Source: Chiloscyllium plagiosum (lineage: Eukaryota). From it: a stretch of DNA of 64,000 nt. Positions 13,514 to 25,875 of the stretch are shown piece after piece (positions within the stretch are counted from its first letter, which is position 1; the number at the start of each line of letters is the position of its first letter). The notes under the pieces were generated by a model. That model did no database searches, was not told the DNA's origin, and was given only the letters and a program-made list of their open reading frames with translations. The position numbers and the translations under genes were made by a program. The stretch is taken from NCBI RefSeq assembly GCF_004010195.1, contig NC_057757.1, positions 8,815,014 through 8,879,013 on the forward strand, given 5' to 3'.

Positions 13514-14030
13514 CAGTCAGTGTTACTGAGACAGGGCATTAAATACAGTCTCCCTGTCTCAGTCAGATTGACTGAGTCAGTGTATTGAATACTGTGTGCC
13601 TGTCCTAGTCAGTATTACTGTGACAGTGAATTAAATACTGTGTCCCTATCCCAGTCAGTTTTACTGAGTCAGTGAATTAAATACTGTGTCCCTGCCCCAG
13701 TCAGTATTACTGAGTCAATGAATTAAATACTGTGTCCCTGTCGCAGTCAGTATTACTGAGCCAGTGAATAAAATACACTGCCCTGTCTCAGTTAGTATTA
13801 CGGATTCCGTAAATTAAATACTGTGTCCCTGTCACAGTCAGTATTACTGAGGCAGTGAATTAAATACACTGCCCTGTCCCAGCTAGTATTGCTGATTCCG
13901 TAAATTAAATACTGTGTCCCTTTCACAGTCAGAATTAATTAGTGATGAATTTAAATCTTTGACCTTCCCCCAGTCAGTGTGACAGAGTCAGCTACTTAAT
14001 TACTGTGTCCCTGTCTTGGTAACAATTACT

Positions 14031-14070
14031 TATATATGAATAAAGTATATTTTTGAAATAAAAAAAAAAA
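14031..14070 (+). mobile_element. Tx1 extreme 3' tail only (about 40 bp)
   Basis: TATGAATAAAGTATATTTTTGAAATAAAAAAAAAAA matches the reverse complement of the tail at 11534-11570. Confidence 0.85.
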
Positions 14071-15717
14071 TTAGTGATGAATTTAAATCTTTGACCTTCC
14101 CCCAGTCAGTGTGACAGAGTCAGCTACTTAATTACTGTGTCCCTGACTTGGTAACAATTACTGCCTCAGTGAACTAATTGCTGTGTGTCTGTCCCAGTCA
14201 TTATTGCTGACACAGTGAATTAAATACTGTAGCCCTGTCACGTTCAGTATTACTGCGGCACTGAATTAAACATCGTGTCCCTGTCCCAGTCCTTATTACT
14301 GAGACAGTGAATATAATACTGTGTCCCTGTCCCAGTCAGTATTACTGAGTCTGTGAATTGAACACTGTGTCCCTGTACCGGTCAGTATTACTGAGTCTAT
14401 GAATTGAATACTGTGTCCCTGTACCAGTCAGTATTACTGAGTCAGTGAATTGAATACCGTGTCTGTGTCCATGTCCCAGTCAGCATTACTGAGACATTGA
14501 ATTAAATACCGTGTTCCTGTTCCAGTCAGTATGACAGACTCAGTGAATTAAACACTGTGTCCCTGTTCTTGTCAGTGTTTCTGAGTCAGTGAATTGAATA
14601 CCGTGCCCCGGTCCCAGTCAGTGTTACTGAGTCAGGGAATTAAACATCGTGTCCCTGTCACAGTCAGCATTACTGAGTCAGTGAATTAAATAGCATCCCC
14701 GTCCCAGTCAATTTGTTAAATGCAGTGTACCTGTCCCAGTTAGTTTGACTGAGTCAGTGACTTAAATACTGTGTCCCTGTCCCAGTCAGTATTATTGAAT
14801 CAGTGAATTAAATACTGTGATTCCTGTCGCAGTCAGTATTACTGAGACAGTTAATGAAATATTGTGTCCCTACCCCTGTCTGTATTACTGAGGCAGTGAA
14901 TTAAATACAGTGTACCTGTCACAGTCAGTTTGTCTGAGGCAGTGAAATAAATACCGTGTCCCTGTCCCAGTCTGTATCACTGAGTCAGTGAATTAAATAC
15001 CATGTTCCTATCCCAGTCTGTATCACTGAGTCAGTGAGTTAAATACTGTGTCCCTGTCCTAGTCAGTCTGACCGACTAAGTTACTTAAGTCCAGTGTCCC
15101 TGTTACTGTCACTATTTCAATGTCTGTTAATTAAATACTGTGTCCTGGCCCCAGACAGTATGCTGATTCGGTGAAATATATGCCGTGCCCCTGTCCCAGT
15201 CAGTATTACTGAGTCAGTGAAATAAATATTGTGGCTCTGTCCCAGTCAGTTTGACTGAGTCAGTGTTTTAAATACTGTGCCCCTGTCCCAGTTAGTATTA
15301 CTGTGTCTGTGAATTAAATACTGTGTCGGTGTCCCAGTCAGTATTACTGAATCAGTGAATTAAATACCATGTCCCTGCCGAAGTCAGTATTACTGAGACA
15401 GTGAATTAATTACTGTGCCCCTGTCCCAGACAGTATAACTGAGACAGTGAATTAAATACTGTGTCCCTGCCCCAGTCAGTATTATTGAGACAGTGATTTA
15501 AATACAGTGTACCTGTCCCAGTCTGTTTGACATTGTCAGTGAATTAAATATTGTGTCCCTGTCCCAGTCAGCATTACTGAGACAGGGAATTAAATACTAG
15601 GTCCCTGTTCCAGTCAGTATTACTGAGTCGGTGAATTATATATTGGGGCTCTGTCCCGGTCAGTTCGACTGAGTCAGTGAATTAAATACTGTGTCTCTAT
15701 CCCAGTCAGTATTACTG

Positions 15718-17727
15718 GATCCCGAACGCTCTCGGTCAGATCCACCGACGTCAAGCTGGTGTTCTTCTCTGACCACTGCCTCCTGCTGGCTGACTGTCAC
15801 CTACAGGACAAGCAGCGGGCTGGTAAGGGAACGTGGAAGCTAAACACAAAGCTGTTGATTCCGGGAAACATTGAGGAGCTCAAGAGGGACGACGCAGTTT
15901 GGAGAACAGTGAAGCATCTCTTTGAGTCTCCAGTGGACTGGTGGGAAACAGTTAAAGGGAACATCAAGAGGTTCTTCATCCTCAAAGGTGTTTTGGAGGC
16001 GAGAGAGAGGCGGGGAAAACTGTCCCAGCTCCAGGAAAGTATGCAGAACCTGCTCCTGCTGCAGACAATGGGGGTGGATGTCACGGAGGACCTCAAGGAG
16101 GTAAAGGACCAGCAAGCCTCGCCCTTTGCCTCGGAGGCCTCCAAGATAATCTTCCGGTCCAGGGTCCGCTCGGTGGAACAGGACGAGATGTGCTCACGTT
16201 TCTTCTTCCAGAAGGTGCACAAAGAGAACTCCGTGCTCAGCAGCCTGAAGGAAGAAGATGGCTCGATAACGTCATCCCGGGCTGACGTCATGAGGATCAG
16301 TAAATCCTTCTACGCCAGTCTGTATGACGCGAAGCCGACCGACAGCGCGGCCTCCCAGTCGTTCCTGTCCTCTATCACGGAGGTCTTTGACGACAGAACA
16401 CAGGAGAGGCTGGACCAGCCGCTATCTCTGGACGAGCTGACCAAGGCCCTCGAGTCCTTTGAAAAGAATAAAACTCCCAGGAGCGACGGCTTACCGGTCG
16501 AGCTCTATTCCGCTCTGTGGGACTTGATTGGCCAGGACCTGCTGGAGGTGTATGTCAGTATGCTTCGGGCAGGTACCATGAGTGAATCCATGAGGAAAGA
16601 CATCATCACTCTCATCTACAAGCGGAAGGGGGAGAGGGAGGAACTCAAAAATTGGAGACCAATCTCACTGTTGAATGCAGATTACAAAATTCTGTCAAAG
16701 GTAATCGCCAACCGGGTCAGGTCTGCTCTGGGGTCAGTGATCCACCCTGACCAAACCTGTGTTGTACCGCACAGGAAGATCGCTGAGAGCCTCGCACTCC
16801 TCAGGGATACGATTGCTTACGTGCAAGACAGAGGATTGGACATCTGCCTGATCAGCCTGGACCAGGAGAAAGCGTTTGACAGGATATCACACAGGTATAT
16901 GAGAGATGTTCTCTCCAAAATGGGCTTTGGGGAGGGAATCTGCAATTGGATCAGACTGCTCTACACCAACATTGTCAGTGCAGTCTCAATCAATGGGTGG
17001 GAATCAGATAGCTTCCCACTCAGATCTGGAGTCACGCAGGGCTGCCCTCTCTCTCCTGCCTTGTTTGTGCGCTGCATAGAGCCATTTGCTATGTCCATCA
17101 GGAAGGATGCGAGCCTGAGAGGGGTGACTATTCCTGGCAGCGGGGGCCTGCAGATTAAGGCCTCCCTGTACATGGATGACGTTGCCGTTTTCTGCTTGGA
17201 TCCGCTGTCCGTGCGCAGACTCATGTGCATATGTGATCAGTTCGAACAGGTCTCGGGGGCCAAGGTAAACTGAGGCAAGAGCGAGGCCATGCTCATCAGG
17301 AACTGGGCCAACCAATCCTCGATCCCCTTCACCATCAGGACCTGAAGATGCTAGGTATTTGGTTCGGGGGGAGCTGGGGCGTGCGCCAAGTCTTGGGAGG
17401 AGCGTATCAGCAAAGTGAGGCAGAAACTGGGCAGATGGAAGCTACGGTCACTCTCCATCACAGGAAAAAACCTGGTCATCAGGTGTGAGGCACTGTCATT
17501 GCTATTATACGTGGCACAAGTCTGGCCTATTCCCAGAACCTGTGCCGCTGCAGTCACCCGGGCCATCTTCCAGTTTATATGGAGGTCAAAGATGGACCGG
17601 GTCCGAAGGGACTCGCTGTACAAAGATCTGGGCAACGGGGGAAAAAATACACCCAATGCCACCCTCACCCTGATGGCCACCTTTGTGTGTGGCTGCATCA
17701 AGCTGTGCATGGATCCCTGGTACGCAA
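15718..17727 (+). mobile_element. Tx1-clade non-LTR retrotransposon, internal ORF2 fragment (end of APE endonuclease plus reverse transcriptase), inactive
   Basis: ORF 15759-17273 has the EN end motif FSDH and RT motifs WRPISLLNADYKIL, SLDQEKAFD, QGCPLSP, YMDD. TGA at 17271-17273 replaces CGA, followed by a frameshift. Both ends truncated. Confidence 0.93.
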
Positions 17728-18056
17728 TTATATACCGTGACACTGTCCCAGTCAGTATTACTGAGTCAGTGAATTAAAAACAGGGCGCCGACCCAGTTCG
17801 TTTCACAAATTCAGTAAATTAAATACTGTGTCCCTATCACAGTCAGTCTTAATTAGTGATGAATTAAATACTTTGACCCTCTACCAGTCAGTGTGACTGA
17901 GTCAGCGACTTAATTACTGTGTCCCTGTCATGGTAACTATTACTGCGTCAGTGAATTAATTGTTGTCTGTCTGTCCCAGTCATTATTACTGAGTAAATGA
18001 ATTAAACTCTGTGTCCCTGTCCCATTCAGTACTACTGGATCAGGGAAATAAACATC

Positions 18057-19840
18057 CTCTGACGACCCCTTCTCCTGCCTCCAACACACTCCATCCACCT
18101 GGACACCCTGTGCTGGCCTCGTACCTTCCCTCGATCTCTTCATAGCCAACTGCCGCAGTGACATTAACCGCCTCAACCTCTCCACCCCTCTCACCCACTC
18201 CAACCTCTCATTCTCGGAACGTGCAGCCCTCCACTCCCTCTGCTCCAACCCCAATCTCACTATCAAACTGGCAGACAAGGGAGGCGCGGTAGTAGTTTGG
18301 CGCACCGATCTTTACACCGCTGAGGCTAAACGCCAGCTCGCGGACACCTCCTCCTACTGCCCCCTTGACCATGACCCCACCTCCCACCACCAAACCATCA
18401 TCTCCCAGACCATCCATAACCTCATCACCTCAGGGGATCTCCCATCCACCGCNNNNNNNNNNNNNNNNNNNNNNNNNNNNNNNNNNNNNNNNNNNNNNNN
18501 NNNNNNNNNNNNNNNNNNNNNNNNNNNNNNNNNNNNNNNNNNNNNNNNNNNNNNNNNNNNNNNNNNNNNNNNNNNNNNNNNNNNNNNNNNNNNNNNNNNN
18601 NNNNNNNNNNNNNNNNNNNNNNNNNNNNNNNNNNNNNNNNNNNNNNNNNNNNNNNNNNNNNNNNNNNNNNNNNNNNNNNNNNNNNNNNNNNNNNNNNNNN
18701 NNNNNNNNNNNNNNNNNNNNNNNNNNNNNNNNNNNNNNNNNNNNNNNNNNNNNNNNNNNNNNNNNNNNNNNNNNNNNNNNNNNNNNNNNNNNNNNNNNNN
18801 NNNNNNNNNNNNNNNNNNNNNNNNNNNNNNNNNNNNNNNNNNNNNNNNNNNNNNNNNNNNNNNNNNNNNNNNNNNNNNNNNNNNNNNNNNNNNNNNNNNN
18901 NNNNNNNNNNNNNNNNNNNNNNNNNNNNNNNNNNNNNNNNNNNNNNNNNNNNNNNNNNNNNNNNNNNNNNNNNNNNNNNNNNNNNNNNNNNNNNNNNNNN
19001 NNNNNNNNNNNNNNNNNNNNNNNNNNNNNNNNNNNNNNNNNNNNNNNNNNNNNNNNNNNNNNNNNNNNNNNNNNNNNNNNNNNNNNNNNNNNNNNNNNNN
19101 NNNNNNNNNNNNNNNNNNNNNNNNNNNNNNNNNNNNNNNNNNNNNNNNNNNNNNNNNNNNNNNNNNNNNNNNNNNNNNNNNNNNNNNNNNNNNNNNNNNN
19201 NNNNNNNNNNNNNNNNNNNNNNNNNNNNNNNNNNNNNNNNNNNNNNNNNNNNNNNNNNNNNNNNNNNNNNNNNNNNNNNNNNNNNNNNNNNNNNNNNNNN
19301 NNNNNNNNNNNNNNNNNNNNNNNNNNNNNNNNNNNNNNNNNNNNNNNNNNNNNNNNNNNNNNNNNNNNNNNNNNNNNNNNNNNNNNNNNNNNNNNNNNNN
19401 NNNNNNNNNNNNNNNNNNNNNNNNNNNNNNNNNNNNNNNNNNNNNNNNGGCACCTTCCCCAGCAACCGCAAGAAATGCAAAACGTGCACCCACACCTCCC
19501 CCCTTACTTCTCTCCAAGGTCCCAAGGGATCTTCCATATCTGCCACAAATTCACCTGCACCTCTACACACGTCATTTACTGCATCCGCTGCACCCGATGT
19601 GGCCTTCTCTATATTGGGGAGACAGGCTGCCTACTTGCGGAACGTTTCAGAGAACACCTCTGGGACACCCGGACCAACCAACCCAACCACCCCGTGGCTC
19701 AACACTTCAACTCCCCCTCCCACTCCACCAAGGACATGCAGGACCTTGGACTCCTCCATCGCCAGACCATAGCAACACGACGGCTGGAGGAACAGCGCCT
19801 CATCTTCCGCCTAGGAACCCTCCAACAACAAGGGATGAAC
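18057..19840 (+). mobile_element. Penelope-like element (Neptune type), internal RT to GIY-YIG fragment
   Basis: Before the gap: NLTIKLADKGGAVVVWRTDLY. After the gap: FTCTSTHVIYCIRCTRCGLLYIGET...RFREH...PVAQHFN (GIY-YIG endonuclease). Satellite on both sides. Confidence 0.9.
18453..19448. other. Assembly gap (N run)
   Basis: Run of n. Confidence 1.
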
Positions 19841-22693
19841 TCAGTATTACTGAGAGAGTGAATTAAATGCTGTGTCCCTGCCACTGACAGTATTACTGAT
19901 ACAATGAATTAAATACAGTGTACCTGTCCCAGTCAGTTTGACTGAGTCAGTGAATTAAATACTGTGACGCTGTCCCATTCAGTATTACTGAGTCAGTTAA
20001 TTAAATACCGTGTTCCTGTCCCAGTCACTATTACTGAGTCAGTGAATTAAACATCGTGCCCCTGTCCCAGTCAGTATTACTGAGTCAGTGAATTTAATAC
20101 TGTGCCCCAGTTCAGTCTGTATAACTGAGTCAGTGAATTAAATAATGTGTCCCTGTCCCAGTCAGTTTGACTAAGTCAGTGAATTAAACACTGTGCCCCT
20201 GTCCCAAGCAGTATTTCTGCGACAGTGGATTAAATACGAGGTCCCTGCCCCAGTCAGTGTTACTGAGACAGCGACTTTAATGCTGTATCCCTGTCCGAGT
20301 CAGTCTGACTGACTAAGTGACTTAAATCCTGTGTCCCTGAAATGGTCACTATTACAGTGTCATTAAATTAAATACTGTGTCCTGGTTCCAGATACTATAC
20401 CAAGTCAGTGAATTAAATACCGTGACCCTGTCCCAGTCAGTATTACTGAGTCAGTGAATTAAATACTGTGTCCCTGTCCCAGTCAATATTAGTGTCATTG
20501 AATTAAATACTGTGCCCCTGTCCCAGTCAGTATTACTGAGTCAGTGAATTAAATACCGTGCCGCTGTCCCAGTCATTATTATTGAGCCAGTGATTTAAAT
20601 ACAGTGCCCCGCCCCAGTTAATATCACAAAATCAGTAAATTAAATATCGTGTCTCTTTCACAGTCAGTATTAATTTGTGATGAATTAAATACTTTGACCC
20701 TCTCCTAGTCAGTGTGACAGAGTCAGCGAGTTAATTACTGTGTACCTGTCATGGTAACTGTTACTGCATCAGTGAATTAATTGCTGTGTGTCTGTCCCAG
20801 TCATTATTGCTGAGACAGTGAATTAAATACTCTAGCCCTGTCCCATTCAGTATTACTGAGTCAGTGAATTAAATACCGTGCTCCTGTCCCAGTCAGTATT
20901 ACTGAGTCAAAGAAGTAAATACTGTGTCCCTGTTCCCAGTCAGTATTACTGAGTCAGGGAATTAAATACTGTATGCATGTCTCATTTAGCATTCCTTTGT
21001 CAGTGAATTAAATACAGTCTCCCCGTCCTGTCAGTATAACTAGGAAAGTAAATTAAATACAGTGCACCTGTACCAGTCTATATTACTGAGTCAGTGAATT
21101 AAATACCATGCCTCTTCCCAGTCTGTATTAATGCGGCAGTGAATTAAACATCGTGTCCTTGTCCCTGTCAGTATTACTGAGTTAGTGAATTTAATACTGT
21201 GCCCCTATTCCAGTCTGTATTACTGAGTCAGTGAATTAAATACAGTGTCCCTGTCCCAATCACTATTACTAAGTCAGTGAATTAAATACTGTGTCTCTGT
21301 CCCATTCAGCATCACTGGCACATTCAATTAAATACAGTGTCCCCGTTCCAGTCAGTATGACAGAGTCAGTGAATTAAATACTGTGTCCCTGTCTAAGTCA
21401 GTATCACTGAGTCATTGAGTTAAATACTGTGTCCCTGTCCCAGTCAGTCTGACTAAGTGACTTAAATCGCGTGTCCCTGGAATGATCACTATTATGGTGT
21501 CAGTAAATTAAATACTGTGTCCTGGTCCCATACACTATGCCGAGTCAGTGAATTAAACACCGTGACCTTGTCCCAGTTAGCATTACTGAGTCATTGAATT
21601 AAATACTGTGCCCCTGTCCCAGTCAGTATTACTGTGTCAGAGAACTAAATACAGTGCCCCATCCCAGTTAGTACAACTGATTCAGTAAATTAAATACCGT
21701 GCCCCTGTCTGTATTACTGAGACAGTGAATTAAATGCCACGTCCCTGCCCTAGACAGTATGACTGAGACACAGAATTAAATACAGTGTCCCTGTCTCAGT
21801 CAGTTTGACTGCGTCAGTGAATTAAATACAGTGTCGCTGTCCCAGTCGCTATTACAAAGCCAGTGAAATAAATACTGTGTCTCTGTCCCAGTCAGCATTA
21901 CTGACACATTGAATTGAATACAGAGTCCCTGTTCCAGTCAGTGTGACAGAGTCAGTGAATTAAACACTGTGTCCCTGTTCCAGCCAGTATGAATGAGTGA
22001 GTGAATTAAATACTGTGTCCCTGTCCCAGTCAGTCAGACTGACTATGTAATTTAAATCCTGTGTCCCTGGATCTGTCACTATTACAGTGTTAGTAAATTA
22101 AATACTGTGTCCTGGTCACAGACACTGTGTCGAGTCAGTGAATTAAATACCGTTACCCTGTCCCAGTCGGTATTACTCAGCACAATGAATTAAATTCTGT
22201 GTCCCTGTCCCAGTCAGTATTACTGAGTCATTGAATTAAATACTGAGCCCCTGTCCCAGTCAGTATTACGGAGTCAGTGAATTAAATACAGTGCCCCATC
22301 CCTGTTAGTATCACTGATTCAGTAAATTAAATACTGTGTCCCTTACACAGTCAGTATTAATTAGTGATGAATTAAATACTTTGACCCTCTCCAAGTCAGT
22401 GTGGCAGAGTCAGCGAGTTAATTACTGTGTCCCTGTCATGGTAACTATAACTGCATCAGCGAATTAATTGCTGTGTGCCTGTCCCAATCATTATTGCTGA
22501 GACGGTGAATTAAATACTGTAGCCCTGTTCCATTCAGTATTACTGGGTCAGTGAACTAAATTCCATGTTCCTGTCCCAGTCAGTATTAAAGATCGAGTGA
22601 ATTAAGTTTTGTGTCCCTGTCCCAGTCAGTATTACTGAGTCTATGAAGTAAAAACTGTGTGCATGTCTCAATTAGTATTACTGTGTCAGTGAA

Positions 22694-23175
22694 CAGGACA
22701 GGGATACTGTATTTAATTCACAGACTCAGTCAAACTTACTGAGACAGGCACACTGTATTTAATTCTCTGTCTCAGTCGTACTGACTAGGGCAGAGACCGA
22801 GTAGGGCAGAGACCAAGGGTACTGTATTTAATCCACTGACTCAGTAATACTGACTACGGCAGGGACACGGTATTTAACTCACTGACTCAGTAATATTGAC
22901 TAGAACAGGGACACCGTATATAATTCACTGACTCAGAAATACTGACTGGGACAGGGGCACGGTATTTAATTCACTGAAGCAGTAATACTGACTAGGACAG
23001 GGGCACAGTATTTAATTCAATTACTCAGTAATACTGATTGGCACAGGAACACAGCATTTAATTCACTAATTCAGTAATACTGACTGGGACAGAGACACGA
23101 TGTTTAATTCACTGACTCAGTAATACTGACTGGGATAGGGACACAATACTTAATTTACTGACTCAGAATAATGAC
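22694..23175 (-). repeat. Inverted block (about 10 units) of the 46-bp satellite
   Basis: Units read as the reverse complement (TATTTAATTCACTGACTCAGTAATACTGACTGGGACAGGG). Confidence 0.93.
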
Positions 23176-25875
23176 CCTGTTCCAGTCTGTATTAATGGGG
23201 CAGTGAATTACACATCATGTCCCTGTCCCAGTCAGCATTACTGAGTCAGTGAATTTAATACTGTGCCCCGATCCACTCTGTATTACTGAATCAGTGAATT
23301 AAACATCGTGCCCCTGTCCCAGTGAGTATTACTGAGTCATTGAATTCAATACTGTGCCTCTTTCCCAGTCAATATTACTAATTCAAATAAATAAACATCG
23401 TGTCCCTGTCCCAGTCAGTATTACTGAGTCAGTGAATTCAATGCTGTGTCCCTGTCCCAGTCAGCGTTAGTGAGTCAGTGAATTAAATACAGTGCCCCTG
23501 TCCAGTCAGGATTAGTGAGTCAGTGAATTAAGTGCCGTGCCCCTTTCCCAGTCATTAATATTTAGCCAGTGAATTCCATGCAGTGCCCTATCCCAGTCAG
23601 TATTTCTGATTCAGTAAGTTGAATACTGTGTCCCTTTCACAGTCAGCATTACAGAGTCAGTGAATTAAGTGCTGTGTTCCTGTCCCTGTCAGTAATACTG
23701 AGTCAGTGAATTAGACATCATTGCCCAGTCCCACACAGTATTACTGAATCAGTGAATTTAATACTTTGTCCCTGTCCAAGTCAATATTACTGAGTCAGTG
23801 AATTTACTGCTGTGTCCCTGTCTCAGTCAGCATTACTGAGTCAATGAATTAAATACTGTGTCCCTATCCCAGTCAGTATTCCTGAGTCAGTGAATTAAAT
23901 ACTGTGTCCCTAACCCAGTCAGTATTCCTGAGTCAGTGAATTAAATACTGTGTCCCTGTTACAGTCAATATTACTGAATCAGTGAATTAAATACTGTGTC
24001 GCTGTCCCAGTCAGCCTTACTGAGTCAGTGAATTAAATTCTGTGCCCATGTCCCCATTAGTATTACTTGGTCTCTGAATTAAAAGCTGTGTCCCTGCCCC
24101 TGTCAGCATTACTGAGTCAGTGAATTAAATGCAATAGCCTTGTCCCAGTATGTATTACTGAGTCAGTGATTTAACTACTCTGTACCTGTCCCAGTCAGTA
24201 TTACTGAGACAGTGAATTTAATACTGTGCCCCTATCCCAGTCTGTATTACTGAGTCAGTGAATTAAATGACATGCCCCTTTCCCAGTCATTATTATTGAA
24301 CCAGTGAATTGAATACAGTGCCCTGTCACAGTAGGTATTACTGAATCAGTAAATTATATACTGTGTCCCTTTCACAGTTAGTATTAATTAGTTATGAATT
24401 AAATACTTTGACCCTCTACCAGTCAGTGTGACTGGGTCAGCGACATAATAACTGTATCCCTGTCATGGTAACTATTACTGTGTGAGTGAATTAATTGCTG
24501 TGTGTCTGTCCCAGTCATTATTGCTGAGACAGTGAATAAAATACTGTAGCCCTGTCCCAGTCAGTATTACTGAGACAATGAATTAAATACAGTGTCCTTG
24601 TGGCAGTCATTATTACTGAGTCAGTGAATTAAATACTGTACCCCTGTAGCAGTCATTATTGTGGAGACAGTGAATTAAATACTGTGTCCCAGTCCCAGTC
24701 AATATTACTGAGTCAGTGAATTAAATACTGTGTCCCTGTCCCATTCAGAATTACTGAGTCAGTGAATTATTTACTGTGTTTCTGTCTCAATCAGTATTAC
24801 TGAGTCAGTGAATTAAATACTGTGTCGCTGTCCCAGTCAGTATTACTGAGTCAATGAATTTAATACTGTGTCCCTGTTCCAGTCAGTATTACTGAGTCAC
24901 TGAATTAAATACTGTGCCCCTGACCCAGTCAGTGTTACTAAGTCAGAGAATTAAATGCCGTGCCCCTTTCCCTGTCATTATTATTGAGCCAATGAAATAA
25001 ATACAATGCCCCATCCCAGTTAGTATTACTGGTTCAGTAAATTAAATACTGTGTCCCTTTCACAGTCAGCATTAATTAGTGATGTATTAATTGCTTTGGC
25101 CCTCTACCAGTCATTGTGACTGAGTCAGTGACTTAATTGCTGTCTCCCTGTCGTAGTAACTATTACTGTGTCAGTGAAGTAATTGCTGTGTGTCTGTCCC
25201 AGTCATTATTGCTGAGACAGTGAATTAAATACTGTAGCCCTGTCCCATTTAGTTTTACTGTGTCAGTGATTTAAAAACCGTGTTCCTGTCCCAGTCATTA
25301 TTGCTGAGACAGTGAATTAAATACTGTAGCCCTGTCCCAGTCAGTATTACTGAGTCAATGAATTAAATACTGTGTACCTGTCCCAGTCAGTATTACTGAG
25401 TCAGTGAATTAAATACTGTGTACCTGTCCCAGTCAGTATTACTGAGTCAGTGAATTAAATACTGTGTTGCTGTCCCAGTCAGCATTACTGAGTCAGTGAA
25501 TTAAATACTGTGTCCCTGTTACAGTCAATATTACTGAATCAGTGAATTAAATACTGTGTTGCTGTCCCTGTCAGCATTACTGAGTCAGTGAATTAAATTC
25601 TGTGCCCATGTCCCCGTTAGTATTACTTGGTCTCTGAATTAAAAGCTGTGTTCCTGTCCCTGTCAGCATTACTGAGTCAGTGAATTAAATTCTGTGCCCA
25701 TGTCCCCGTTAGTATTACTTGGTCTCTGAATTAAAAGCTGTGTTCCTGTCCCAGTCAGTATTACTGAGTCAGTGAATTAAATACTGTGTCTCTGTCGCAG
25801 TCATCATTGCTGAGGCAGTGAACTAAACATTGTGTCCCTGTAGCAGTCTGTTTGACTGAGTGAATTGATTAGGAT

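Larger units (their letters stand above)
2311..25866. repeat. 46-bp tandem satellite, consensus CAGTCAGTATTACTGAGTCAGTGAATTAAATACTGTGTCCCTGTCC, with higher-order blocks and TE insertions
   Basis: Period of 46 read directly (identical units start at 6961, 7007, 7053...). Several hundred diverged units. Confidence 0.97.

Noticed and set aside
15759..17273. 504-aa ORF as a functional or domesticated gene
   Set aside because: Truncated Tx1 ORF2 with no true start, a premature stop and a downstream frameshift.
18354..19861. Long 381-498-aa ORFs
   Set aside because: Artefacts of reading through the N gap; the real parts are Penelope.
2311..25866. CRISPR-like array
   Set aside because: Head-to-tail monomers with no unique spacers, no cas genes, vertebrate context.
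2311..25866. V(D)J RSS array (ACAGTG/ACTGTG heptamer-like words)
   Set aside because: No ACAAAAACC nonamer at 12/23 spacing and no V/D/J segments seen.
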